A program made the translations under genes and the position numbers. Below, piece by piece: positions 9,976 through 22,568 of a stretch of 64,000 nucleotides of DNA; position 1 is the stretch's first letter, and the number at the start of each line of letters is the position of its first letter. The notes below the pieces were generated by a model. That model was given only the letters and a program-made list of their open reading frames with translations. It was not told the DNA's origin and searched no databases. Source of the stretch: Prorocentrum cordatum (Eukaryota); the NCBI GenBank assembly GCA_963575745.1, contig CAUYUJ010000325.1, positions 186,001 through 250,000 on the forward strand, in the 5' to 3' direction.

Positions 9976-12644
9976 CAGATCTCTGTGTGCATGACCCTGG
10001 CGACGCCCATCCCAGGGCCTGGGATCGGCGTGCGCGCCCTCTTGGTTTGGCCACGAGGGCATCTGCACCGGGCCCAGGCCCGGAACCAGTCTGGCCAGGA
10101 TCTGCATCGGCTGACCCTGGGCAAGAGTGACCTTTGGTGCACGGCTTCAGGGGGGTGCGGGGAGGGCCCGACCCGAGCGCGCAAGCCAATGCTAGCCCAC
10201 CGATTTTAGCGGTCGAGGGGCCAACGGTCACCTTACGCGTAGTCGACTGAACAGGTGGCGCCTTCCGGGCACGCCGTGGGGACAAATGCCAGGCACGGCT
10301 ATGATATCGCGCGCTTGGGCCAAGAAGTGGCGGCGGGCACGCCAGGAGTGGGCAAGGCTGGCGCCCCGTGGCAGGGGATCTGGGACGGGACGGGACGGGA
10401 ATCCGCCCGAGGCTCGGTCGAGGCTCGCCTACGGCTCGCCCGAGGCTCGCCTGAGGCTCGCCCGCGGCTCGCGTGAGGATCGCGGGGCGCTAGCAAACCG
10501 CCAGATCCCTACGGGGTGGAGACATCGGCCGCGCGGGGACAGATGCGAGTTCATGCCGTGCCCGAGCTGGCTCACGCGATGGCAGGGAGGGTTCATGCGG
10601 GGCCCACGGGACGGGACGGGAGGACCTCCAGATTGGTCGTTGGCTGAAAAATGCCAAAATTGAAAAAATACCACTGGAGCTCCAGACCCCATATTTCTGC
10701 GTCGTGTCTCTCGAGCCGGATGGATGTGTGACGGACCATGGGGCCCGAAATCGACCGAAAACGACCGTGGCAAAAAATATCAAAGCCTAGTTGCCCCACC
10801 CATTTCCCGGGATCGGATTTTCATCCCGAGTCCGCTTTTACCAATCCAGGGGCCCGGCGAAAGCCCACTGAGTGCGACAAAACGGGTCAGGGCGGGAGGT
10901 GTGCCCAGGCTGCTAGAACTAGCAACTTTGGGGGGGCCCAATCGCGTTCGCACTCGGCGGCGAACAAAACAACATGGAGGGAGATGGGGGGGCGGGAAGA
11001 GCAGGGAGGAGGAGGGTGCAGGGAGGGGCCTATACCTCCACCGTCCCAACGCCGCTCCTGACCTCACCGATCCTCCTCCCCCCTCTCCGACCCATCCCTC
11101 CATTCTCCCCGCGCCTCCCCTCCCCCCATCCCCGTCTGCATCCCCCCCTTTAAGACGAAGCCAGGACGAATATAACACCGGGTGAGGATAATGGGACGCG
11201 CAAGGACATACTAGTACTATGTGTCCGCCTTGGAAGCGTGCGTCCGACCCGAACAAATAGCATAACCATGTTGTAGCATATCGTTTCGCCAGCAATATGG
11301 CCAGACAGCGCCCAACACGCAGGTTATAGTGTGGATTTCTCGACGCGCGCGTCGCCCCTGGGGGGACGACGCACACATAGCCAACATGAATCGAGAATCT
11401 CTGAGATCTGGCGGCTCTGGAAGATGTCGATCCATAGCGCTTTTAAAGCGTTCAGGAACGCTCTGGAACAGATGTATCTTCGTCTTGGCTCCATTCGACC
11501 CTTCTTCTTGCCCCCGTCCCTCCTCCAGCGCCCCCCCTTCCCCCTGAACGCATCCGCCTTGGGAGCGGTCCCCGCGGAGGGGGGGAGCTGGGGAGGCTGG
11601 AGGCTGGAGGCCACCACGATCCCTCACGAGGTCGCTCGACCAGAGCCCGCGGCGCCACCGACGAGAGGGTCGTCCACTCAAGTCAACAGCAGGCGGGCGG
11701 AGGCCGATCCCCAGAGGCCTTCACAGGGGCCCGCAGGAGCCCCAAAGGGGCCAGAACCAGGCGACCAGGAGGAGCAGGCACGCGACTAAACCAGGAGGCC
11801 CCAGGACCCCCACAAGGGCGACGGGAGAGACGTTGGGTGAGCCTTCGCGGGGACCTATGTGGACCGCCACTGTCCTACCATAAACGTGATTCCGACTAGA
11901 TTTCGTCCACATGTCGACCACCCATAAGTGCCCCTGCGTCCAGAATTCGTCGAACTGTCATTCAAACGTCGCCAAAACGCAAACCCAACCCGGCGAAATC
12001 CGGACAAACTCCAAACAAACGCAAGGACATGTGGGACACCCTAACACTCCCATGAAGGACCACGCAGGGGAGGAAGGACGGGCAGGTGAGGGCTAGGGGG
12101 CAACTCCTGAAAGGTCTTAACAAGATCGGTTCAAGGCGATTGAATCTGATGGAGCGGCCACCAGCCAAGTTTTAAGCGGAATGAGGCCCAAGACTAAGCC
12201 ATACTAGACAATACTCAGCTGGGCGCTGACGGTCTTCGACCAAGGATATACCAGCGCGGATGCCGACTTGAACTTTCCAGGAATTGCATCCGAGGTGGGA
12301 ATAGTGGGAGGGAAGGCAAGAGGGGGCGGGGAAAGACGTACGAGGGGGTGGAAGTGGGGGAATGCCACATGGGAGAGGTGGCAAACGAGGCGCGCCTGGA
12401 GCCGTGCCTGAAGGCACAGACGAACTGCAAAAAAACACCAGGCATGCCATGAGCTGCATCTTCCACGACAACAGCCACCACCACCATTGCGTCTGCTACT
12501 GTCTCTACCTGCTGACACCACTGCCTGCGCTTCTGCTGCCCAGACCTTCGCCACTACTGATGCGGCCATGCACTGAACACGCAGGCGGGCCCACGGCCTT
12601 GAAGGAGTCTTGGGCCCGAGGAAACGGGCAACGTGCTCCTCGGG

Positions 12645-12742
12645 GGAGGAGGAGGAGAAGGAGGAGGAGGAGGAGGAGAAGGAGGAGGAGGAGGAGGAGG
12701 AGGACGAGGAGGAGGAGGAGGAGGAGGAGGAAGAGGAGGGGG
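12645..12742 (+). repeat. (GAG)n microsatellite
   Basis: Direct inspection. Confidence 0.95.
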
Positions 12743-14669
12743 GGCATCTACAGCTTCGAGGCAAGGAACGTACCGGCGCCCAGCGTGTGCTGGACGCTGC
12801 GCGTGCGATTTCTTCATGGGACTCCTGGACGGAGCAACAGCAAACAACGGTAAAGGGAAAGACGCACCTCTGCGAACAGCCGTAGCCTTGCATAGAATGG
12901 GTACTGAATCGTCAGGCGATATTCTTTAGCATGCGGCGCGAACGCCCGACCTTGGTCTCACCAAGTATTCAGCTGTGCGACAAGGACAATATTCACGCGG
13001 CCGTCGGTCACATACTCGCAACCGCTCCTCTCTGACACTGTCTTGTCCTGGATCAGGACAGAATCGAAGCCTCGGACGCTTAGCGTCTCTCTACTGATCG
13101 CGACCTTCAATCGCCCAAATTCAAGCTTCACTTGGACGATATGCCCTTCTCAATTGCATTACTGTCCGAATCTTCGATCGCTTCGGCCGAATATTGCAAG
13201 CGTTTTCGCAGATTCATGGTTCGACTGTTGGCCGGAGGTCGGGGGGGGGGAGGGGGTCTGGGCCTGGGCCGGTGCGCAGTCGATCTGCGTCTACCAGTCG
13301 CGCCAACAGATTGGGGGGGAGGGGTCTTTACCAGTCGCCAGAAGCAGCCAATATCTGGCATGTGAAACGGTGGGGGGGGGGGGGGGGCAGGGGCCCGCGC
13401 CGATCGGCGAAACAATGCATGAAGAAACAGAGACATACCCCAACGCCGAGAGCGCCTGCTTCGCCGGGCAGAAACCATATGACTCTGCGATCACAAGGAA
13501 ATGGGGCATGCTTGGCACAACTCTACAAACAAAGACAGCACATTCTCACAGCGTGCGACTTCGCTGTTTTCATGAATCACAAGAAGCGCATCACTCCCAG
13601 CTGTGAGTTCTCCGCATGGACAACCTTGCCGTTGTGGCGCTGAATTGTGACCCGACGGGTGAACTGCAAAACTAAAATTGGAATGATACGTGCAACATGT
13701 GCCGTGGTAAGTCTTGCCAGACGAGCTGCGCGCTGAATGCATCGCGCGCAAGGTGTCTGGCGATTGGCCCGGACCTGCGCATGGCACTCATCGCCAATGC
13801 AGAGGCAAACGAGAGTCCGCGAACCCAAAATGCTTCAGCCGCGGACCGTTCGGCTGGAAGTGCTTGAGACACAATGAACGCGGGGGCGCCTTGGGGCACA
13901 CATGCGGCCAATCGAAACCAACTCGGGCCTGCCTTGCCCCTTTGGGAGCCCCGGCGCCAAGAGTTGCTTCACTTCGCCGCTCGCCCTTGGGGGCCTCGGC
14001 GCCCAGGTCTGTTCGCGGCTGCCCCGTCCCACGGGGTTCTCGGGGACCTTAGCGTCAAACGTCGTCTGTCGCTGAACCTTGTGGGGAAGGGGATCTCGGC
14101 GTCGAAGCCGCGTTCGTCACTGGGCCATCTTGGGGCCCTCCTGGGGGGCTTCTCGAGGCGCTCTCGAAAGCACGCTGGGGGGCGTTTGGGGGGTCACTTG
14201 CAGGCCTTTCGGCGTCAGAGCTGCGGCCGCCACTGGGCCGTCTTGAGGCCCTCCTGGGAGAACTCTTGAAACGCTGCGAGAAGCATCCAGGGGGAATCTT
14301 GGACCTCGCGAGGCCTCCGACGGCCGAAAACATCTTCAACGCACGCCCAACAAAATCCGCCGTCGCGCTTGCTGCGCCGCTTTCTTTTTGTTCAGACAAA
14401 AAACAAGCGCCAAGCGGCTAGCGGCGCGCAAGATTCATTGCCGCCCTACACTACCCCACCGCGAATGGCAAGCGGCACGCCTACTCGAAGACTAGCTTGG
14501 CTAACGCATGCTCCTTCGCCTCTTGCAGGCCTGCCTTGCCCGCGTTGAGTTGTTTCCCTCACCTGGCGGCAGATTTCCAAGAGACACTCCTGGCTGGCCG
14601 CGCAGCGCCCCCCCCCCCCCGTAGGAGATGAGCTGCGAGCCGCTCATCACGCGGAGCCCACGGAGCGCC

Positions 14670-15720
14670 TCCTCTTGTAGTACATCGCGCTGTCGAACTG
14701 CTCGGTCTTGTAGTCGAACGCGCGGCCTATCTCGCCAGCGAATTTGCCTGGGTCGGCGGCCGCGGGCTTCGCCTTCGGAAGCTCGGCGGCAGCGGGCTTC
14801 GCCTTTCGGCGGCCGCGGGCTTCGCCTTGGCGGCCGCGGGCGTCGGGGGCGCGCCCGTCGTGCCGAATGCGATGTACTCGGCGCCGTCGTCCTCCTCGGG
14901 CCCCTCGGCCTCGTCGGCCGCGCCCCCCCCCCCCTCGCCCTCGCCCCCCTCGCCTGCCGCGGTCAGGTCCTCGCCCTCGACGCGCCAGGCGCTAGTCGCC
15001 GCTGCAGGTTTCTCATTGTTCCCGCTCGTCTTATGAATGGCCGGCTTCTTTTTCACGGGCGGGTTCTTCTTCCGCGCTGCGAAATCGGCGCCGGTGATCT
15101 CCGACGCCCGCGTCGCGCCGTCGGCGAAGATGGCCGCGTGCATCCCCTGCTCGCCAGGGGCCAAGTCGAACTCCCTGAGTTCCCCGCTGTCGTCGGTCTC
15201 CTTGAGCTTCATTCGGTCGCAGCCCACCTCGCGGACGCTGGCGCGCTCCGGCGAGGGCTTCTCGGCCGCGGGGGGCGTCGGCAAGTCCACGAGCGACTGC
15301 TTCCGCGTCAACCTCCTCCTCGCCGTGCTCAGGAATGCGCTCGAGCTCGGGCTCGGGCTGCCCAGGGCAACCGACGCCCTCTTGGTCGGCGTGCGCGGGG
15401 CGTCGCTGTGCCCGCACATTGCCGCGATCTCGCTCGCGCTCGGGGGGCCGCGCAGCGCGGGCCCGCGCGCGCCGCTGGCGGGGGCCGCCGGCGGCCGAGC
15501 ATCAATCGGCAGAGTCGGCGCCCCCTCGCGGCCATGTTGCTGCAGCGCGCGGGAGACGGCGGCAGTCGCGGGAGCCAGCTTCTTGGCGCCCTTATGCGTG
15601 TAGCAGTGCTGCACCAGGGCCGCCAAGTCGAACAAGCAAGCCCTGTTAAGGCGCACCGTCTCCTCGACATCGCTCTGCGCCTGGTAGCGGATGATGCTGA
15701 GCGCGCGCGCGTCTTGCACA
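14670..15720 (-). pseudogene. Remnant of an unknown Ala/Lys-rich protein
   Basis: Long minus-strand frame with protein-like segments (MKLKETDDSGELREFDLAPGEQGMHAAIFADG, KKKPA, FDYKTEQFDSAMYYK); no family recognised. Confidence 0.35.
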
Positions 15721-16204
15721 GATCCGTGAGCGCTTGGAGATCGATGACGCACATGGCCCCGGGGCACTCGCGCCAGGCGGCCATCTTTTGGCGGGGCAAG
15801 GCGCGGCGCGCGGTGCGCGAGCGCTTAGCTTCGAGCCTAAATGTGCATCGGATCCGCGAACAGCCGCGGCGACGAACCCCCCCTCCATCCTCCCTCGCCC
15901 CGATGGGGCTCCTTAGACGAGGAGCCCCATGGCCGCTGCCTCATGTATGCAAGGGGCCCCTGACCGCTGCCTCACGCAGACGACGTTGAGCCTTGTGAGC
16001 CGGCAAAGCAAACAAGTTTCCTCATAACACCAGTTAGGCCTCTTTTTTATGACACCCATGTTGGGCCTCTTGGAAAATCAACCGATCTAGATAACTAGGA
16101 TTCTTGCTCACTGGAAACAAATATCCCAGCAAAGCAACCGAAAAGCCATGTGTATGAGCATATATGGAAGCATTCTTCTTTAGATTCATGTTCGGATTTG
16201 ACTG

Positions 16205-16580
16205 GAAGCAAAACGCTGCGATCAATATTGGACGCGTCTGCAAAGGAGGCACTACTATCAACGAGACAACACTATCTTTTTGTGCTCATTCCAAACGAGA
16301 CGCTGCTATGCAGGGGTGTAGGTGCAAACGAGACGCTGCTATCAATGGCTTCCGCCCCAAACGAGACACGAGCATCAATGGATTTACTTTCGAACGAGAC
16401 ATAACTACGTACTTCTACGGATGCGTCTGGAAACGAGACGCTGCTATCAATAGTGGATGTCTCTGCAAAGGAGGCACTGCTATCAACCAGACAGCATTCC
16501 AAACGAGACGCTGCTATCAATGGATGTAGGTCCAAACGAGACACTGCTATCAATGGAATCAGCCTCAAACGAAACGTGCT
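16205..16580 (+). repeat. Minisatellite with an AAACGAGACGCTGCTATCAATGG core (~30-40 bp units)
   Basis: About 9-10 degenerate copies just downstream of the helicase stop codon. Confidence 0.85.
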
Positions 16581-16725
16581 GAGGAGCACCGTATCTCACT
16601 ATCCACGGCTGCACACGAGTGCAGGTTGCGAAGCACCACACGAGTGCAGGCTGACAAGAACCACGCGAATGCAGACGGCCAGGCTGAACAGCACCGCCAC
16701 AAAGCAGGCTGCATCTCAGGGCTCC

Positions 16726-19700
16726 TCAAGCTCGCGCAGGCCAGCCCAGTTCCTGTCGGGCCTTCGCGCAGGCGATTTTTGTCGTGGCAATCTTGTCTGC
16801 GAAGAATTCGTCGAAGGCCTTGGCGATCTGTTCTGGGGGGCCTGACTCGATGATGCTCCGGTCAGGCAAGCCGTGGCTCAAGCTGGCCGAAGCTCCGGGG
16901 CCGCGACAAGCTGACGTAGTAGGACAGCCAAATGGACTCTTTCTTGAGTCCTGGCGGAAACGCCCAGTGCACGATGAAGCCTGGGTCCGCCGTCTTGCCC
17001 TGCACGCCATGCAGAGTGCCCTGCTTCTTGGGCAGCGCGGTCAACTGTGTCCTGGAGACCGCGATGGCCGGGCCATCCGCCGTTGCTTTGAACTTCCAGG
17101 GACAGGCCTGCGGGGCAATCTTGAGCACTCCACGCAGGTCAGGGCCGGCAGGCTGAGAAGCAATGCCAGCAGTCACCGGCGCGGCTTTCTCGAAGAGCTC
17201 ATCGCTGTCATCGATCTTGACATAGACGGCCGTGGGCATGTAGAGGAGCACCGCAACACCATCCGAGACAACGGACGCGCGACCCTCCACCGGAGGCTCC
17301 AGAGCGTGCTGCTCTATGCCTACCACCTTGCCCGGCGCGCCGCGGACGTACTTAGGCGGCAAGGCGGACTCCGTCAGGATGACCTCCATGCCGAGGAAGA
17401 GCGGCAGCAGCCCCAGCATTTTTCCAGTAGCGCCGATGTTGGGCTCCGCGCGCATCTTGTCGAAGTTAGGCTTCGCGAGGCGCGCAGCTGGTCTGTCGAC
17501 TGCCGGCGCGTAGAAGAGCAGCTGGCCAGCATCGTGTGCATCAAGCTTGGCCTGCGCATGCGTGGCGTAAGAGACGATGCGCCACTCATATGCCGACTCG
17601 TACCAGCCTCGGGCTGTACGCAACCGGTGGCCCCACTGGGGTTGCTGAGCGGCTTCGCTGGTGCTGGCAGCAGGCTGACCAGCACCAGCTCTCGTCAGAG
17701 ATCGTTTTGCCGCCTGGAGTCCTCATGGCGTGAAGGACCTCGACCTGCAGCGGGTCTGTGAAGCGCTGCATCTGCACGAAGTCGACGACGAACTCGAAGT
17801 CGGCGAGCAACTTCCGAGCCTGTTGGTGCTCGTAGGACTGGCCCGTGCGAGGCGCCAGCAGGGAAGCGCTGGCGGGGGCCGGCGGTAACTGGTAGAAATC
17901 CCCGCAGAGGATCTTCGCCGGCATGCGCCCCCACGTCTCCTGCGGGAGCATGTACCTGGTAGAATCGAGGTTGTAGCGCAGCGCCCTGCCGTAGGTCGCG
18001 CGCAGTGCATCCGCGCGCAGCAAGGGCCCCGGCACAGCACCCAGCTCATCGATCACGTCGACGCCGAGTGTGCCTGTGAGGCGGTCGAGCTTTTTCTGCG
18101 TCTGCGAGGTCAAGCGCAGCCTGGCGGTCTGCAGGGGGTCCGACATGAGGATGCCGTTGGAGGAGTGCAGCGTCCTCCCGCGCGGGCCGAGGTTGTGGGC
18201 CGCGTGGTTGGACTGTGCTTTGGCGAGGTAGCCGTGCTCGCCGAAGTAGATGATGGCCATAGGCTCCACCACTCTGGAGAGGGTGCCTGTCTTGCCGGCG
18301 CCGCCTCCTCCGAGTCAGATTGCTCTGTGGTTGCCCGTCGAGGACACCACGAGGAGCAGATGCGTTGTCTTGTCTGGCCTGCCGTCAACACGTTTCTGCA
18401 GGGACAGCGCGAACAACGCCGCCGCGTCAATCTGCCCCTCCGTGCACTCTGCATCAGTGACCAGCTTCCACGCAACAGCCGCCGGGCCCTGCATGGCCAA
18501 GAGCTGCGGCACGAGCTCCGGCTGCGCGTCCTCAGCAGCAGGCTGAGGAGCACCACTGGGTTGCCACTCGCCCCCAACATCGGGCAAGGTCTCTCCATCC
18601 GGACTCGCTTGCTTCTTCTGGAGCGCAATGCTCTGCCGCTGTAGGGCCAGCATGTCAAAGAAGGCGTCGTCCAGCCGCGTGCCCAGATGCCCCCGCGCGC
18701 CGCTGCTGGCTGGCTGCGCAAAGCTCGCCTGCAGCATGCCGCCGTGCGCTCGGCCCAGGTTCTGCAGCTGCTTATCCGCGTAGCTGAGGCGGCTCTTCTG
18801 GCTCAAGCGCTGCAGTTGGTCTTGCTGCAGAGCCAGCTCGGTTGCTCTGGCGTGGCCCCGTAGCGGAAACATGGAGATCTCGGTAATTTCGGCGTCCTCA
18901 ACTTCCTCCTCTACGTCGCTGCCACCGCCTCCGCCCGCGTCAACGAGCTCCAGCGGGACCCGGCCCTTGGGCCCTTCGGCATTGCTCGCGGAGTCCTCCT
19001 CCGCCTCCAGGTGCGCAGCCGCTGCCGGCCGAGGCTTAACCCGCGCCTCCGCCGCGAGGTCCACGCGCGCCAGCACGTCTCGCGCCACGCGCGCGCAGAA
19101 CTCCGCCAAGGTGCACTGCTCCTCGTGCCATCGGCAGTGGCGGTTACTGAAAGCGAGGATGCGCCGGGCCGCCTCCACAGGCATACGCCGCGCCAGCTGG
19201 GCTCTTGCGAAATTCGCTCGGCTGAGGAGCACCGGCTCGCCCTCCTCGAAAATTCGCCCGGGGTTCTTTCAGCTCGGAGAAGAAGGTCGCGTCCGCGAGC
19301 ACGAGCCTCTTGCGGGCCAGGCGGCACCTGGAGTCCGCGCGCGCCGCCAGCACGTGGATCTCCGCGCACCGAAGTCGCCGCGCCCGCTCGAACGAGCGTG
19401 GGCGCGCGGCAGGGCAGTCGCAATTCTTCAACATATGGCTGCACTGGGTAACGCTGCCACAGGTGAGGGGGCCCTCGCACGCCCAAGGCGTGAAGGGGAA
19501 GCCTTGAAGAGCGAGTTCTGCTCTGGGTCCTGTGCCCAGGTCGGGCACTGGAAGCCGTCGATGGTGGGGGCGTCCATCCGCGTCAATTGGACCTCCTGCA
19601 CGCACCGCGGAGCCATGACGCAAAGGTTCTCGAAGACGAAGAATCTCGGCCCAGAAGCTTTCACCCGGCTCGGCTTCAAGACTCGGCGGACGTGCATCCT

Positions 19701-21000
19701 GTAGTTGTAGTACGGCACGGTCTGCAGGCGAGGGCCCCTTGTGGGCGTAGTCGTCGGCCGTGTTCGCGCTGGAGGTGCACGCCTGCATATCCTCGCACTC
19801 CGCACCGTCAGCGCGCTCATCACCAGCAGGGGTCTCTCCAGGAGGCTGAGGAGCACCGCTGGTCCCATCTGCGGAATGCTCCTCCTCGTCCTCGGCGACT
19901 GGGATCTGGACGCGGACTGCCTGTATTGGCACCTGTTCATTCTGCTGCATTTCGCCCGCACCTTTGTGGTTCAGCAAGCGCTCGCACTGCTGGCAGGCCC
20001 ACTGCAGCTGTCTCGTGAAGAGGCGCACATTGTGGCGCGACTGGAGGCAGTCGCCGCCTGCGAGGATGCGCAACGCCACCCCCGTCGTGGAGAGCCAAAG
20101 CACCGGTTCGCCATCGAGGCCAGCCGGATACAGACTCGCCGAGCGCGGCGAGCGAGGTCCTCGGTCGTCCGGCGCCGCTTGGCCAGCGTCTGGTCCTCGC
20201 CATCAGCACCGCCCTCACTGAGCACCTTGCGGGCCTCCTCCTCCTGCCCCCCCTTCTCCTGCTGTTCCAGACGCTGCATGCCGCCGAGCGTGGACTGGAA
20301 GAGCGGCGTCATGGATTCCATCATCTTGCCTTGGTACTTGGCGATGTAGAAGTCCATGGAGAAAGCCTTCTGGAAAGCCGCTTGGAAGCTCCCCACGACC
20401 GCCGCATCTTGTGGCTGCAAGGAGCCGCAGCCGTAGAGCCACTTTTTGCCGCCGCTGCGCACTGCGTTTGCCGAGCCTGGGTTCTTCTCCGTGGCCGTCT
20501 TCTTGGCGAGCCTCCTGCGTTTGGCCGGCTGAGCAGGGGCGGGCGCAGGCGGCTCTTCCTGGGCAGGCTGAGCAGCACCACCAGCCTGAGGCACTTCTGC
20601 TGCATCGGCGGTCTCGTCCGGCGCACACATCAAGAACTGGAAATCCACGTTGCAACGGCTGGTGACCTGAGAGACGTCGCTGCCGGAGCTCCTGAACGGC
20701 TGGTCGCGTTTTACCTGGCAGCGGCACCGCTGGTTGCGGTCATCTGAGAAGTCGATGAACGGAGTCCGGACCAGAGGCTTGCCGCGCCGACGCACTCGCT
20801 TGGCGTGGCCTGCCAGACATAGCTGTTGGATGCGGAAGAACCAGAAGCGGCACGACGGGGTCCTGTTCGAGCGCAGACTCTGTTTGGCCTCGAGCTTCTT
20901 CATGACGTACTTGACGCACGTCTCGGTGCAGTCGTGCTCGTGGTTGGAGCAGATGTTGCAAAAGACGTCATGGCTAAACGCTGCGGCCCACGCCCCCGCA
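16726..21000 (-). mobile_element. Helitron/Helentron-like rolling-circle element: C-terminal HUH-Rep and Pif1 (SF1B) helicase pseudogene
   Basis: Rep side: [36 protein letters not shown] (YxxKY catalytic motif), DDYAHKG, DPEQNSLFK. Helicase: GGGGAGKT Walker A (18288-18311, preceded by a probable TGG>TGA stop), VIDE, CGDFYQLPP, QMQRFTDP, LHGVQGKT, YVSLSR. Several frameshifts; the HUH motif itself is absent. Confidence 0.85.
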
Positions 21001-21125
21001 TCTCGACGATCGCGGCGCGCGCCCGCCCAAAGTTGGCGCAATGGGTGCTGGACCTCTTTCCGGACATCATTGTTTGCTCGAACCCGAAGTTAAAGGAGGC
21101 GACCGTGAATGACTCAGGCTGAGGA
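21000..21125 (-). pseudogene. Possible N-terminal fragment of an EEP/APE-like endonuclease
   Basis: [14 protein letters not shown]...ARAAIVE resembles the first strand and helix of EEP nucleases; it abuts the Rep fragment. Confidence 0.3.
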
Positions 21126-21419
21126 GTTGTAGCGCAAGCAGGCGCGGCCGCAGACGCGCCTCGGCCCCTCCCCGCAGGTTGAGAAGCACCGCGGGAGGCC
21201 GAAGATGGGGGCGAGTCTCGCGGCGAGGCAAAGGCCATTGCAATGTAGACTGCGCAGGACAGGCGCCCTGTGGCGAGGGGCACTGGAATGTCGGAGACAC
21301 GTTCTGGACCAAAGACGGCTATCAGAGGCAGAGGGGAAATTGGATTGTATTAAGAGTGCGGGAGGCTTCGAACGCCTCAGTAATAGCGCTAAGAACACAA
21401 GGACGGCAAGCAAAAGGTA

Positions 21420-21589
21420 GCCCGGGAATGGAGGTCTGGGAACTCGATGAACACGAAAATTCCTACAGTTGGCTCCGGGCATTCAAAATGTACCCCGGGA
21501 ATGGAGTTCTGGGATCTATGTGGCCCCGGAATGGAGCTCTGGGAACTGGACGAACACGAAATGGTCTACAGTTGAATCTGGGCATTAAA
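21420..21589 (+). repeat. 73-bp satellite units (same family as 36700-37050), interrupted by an insertion
   Basis: GGAATGGAGTTCTGGGAACT and CAGTTGGCTCCGGGCATTCAAAATG motifs; the unit resumes as ATGTGGCCC at 22348. Confidence 0.85.
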
Positions 21590-22347
21590 TTATCCCAGTG
21601 CGACCCTACCTAGGAGTTGGAGCCCCTAGGAAAGCAGCATTAGTAGTAACAATAAGCTAAGCTGAAGCTGAGCTAAAGCTAAACAAAAGCTAAACTAAAG
21701 CTAAGCTACAACTAAGCTGAAGCTAAGCTAAAGCTAAGCTAAAGCTAAACTAAAGCTAAGCTGAATCTAAGTTGAAGCTAAGCTGAAGCTAAGCTGAATC
21801 TAAGCTCAAGCTAAGCTGGAGCTGAGCTAAAGCTAAAGTTAAGCTACATCTAAGCTAAAGCTAAGCTAAAGCTAAGCTGAAGCTAAGCTAAAGCTAAGCT
21901 AAAGCTAAGCTAAAAGCTCAAGCTAAGCTCAAGCTAAGCTGAAGCTAAGCTGAAGCTAAGCTAAAGCTAAGCTAAATCTAATCTCAAGCTAAGCTGAAGC
22001 TAAACTGAAGCTAAGCTAAAGCAAGCTACATCTAAGCTAAAGCTAAGCTAAAGCTAGGCTAAAGCTAAGCTAAAGCTAAGCTAAAGCTAAGCTAACGCTA
22101 AGCTAACGCTAAGCTAACGCTAAGCTAGCGCTAAGCTGGCGCTAAGCTAAAGCTAAGCTGAAGCTAAGCTGAAGCTGAGCTAAAGCTAAGCTAAAAAGCT
22201 AGAGCTAAAGCTAAAGCTAAAGCTCCCAGGGGACTGGGGGGAACCGCTCCCAGGGGGCTGGGGGAACCGCCCGGGGCGCTTTCCATTGCCCGGCCCTTGT
22301 AGCTAACAGAGTAAGAACCCCTTCTAGGCAGAGCCTAGGTTGGGAAC
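21590..22347 (-). mobile_element. Non-autonomous element with subterminal inverted repeats, terminal hairpins and an AAGCT/CTAAAG satellite core (copy 1)
   Basis: Both ends are near-identical reverse complements of 60455-61036; inverted repeat CCCTACCTAGG (21604-21614) and CCTAGGTTGGG (22334-22344); it splits a 73-bp satellite unit. Confidence 0.85.
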
Positions 22348-22356
22348 ATGTGGCCC

Positions 22357-22402
22357 TACTACTACTACTACTAGGACGACGACGACTACTACTACTACCA
22401 CT

Positions 22403-22439
<37 letters not shown>

Positions 22440-22447
22440 CTACTACG

Positions 22448-22491
<44 letters not shown>

Positions 22492-22534
22492 GACTACTAC
22501 TGATACTACTACTACTACTACTACTACAACGACG

Positions 22535-22567
<33 letters not shown>
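22357..22567 (+). repeat. (TAC)n microsatellite
   Basis: Direct inspection. Confidence 0.95.

Positions 22568-22568
<1 letters not shown>

Noticed and set aside
16205..16580. Repeat-spacer pattern next to a helicase (possible CRISPR-like array)
   Set aside because: The repeats are degenerate and the intervening segments are short and related to each other; a minisatellite fits better.
21650..22220. Telomeric repeat
   Set aside because: The unit is AAGCT/AAAGCT, not TTTAGGG, and it is internal to a dispersed element.
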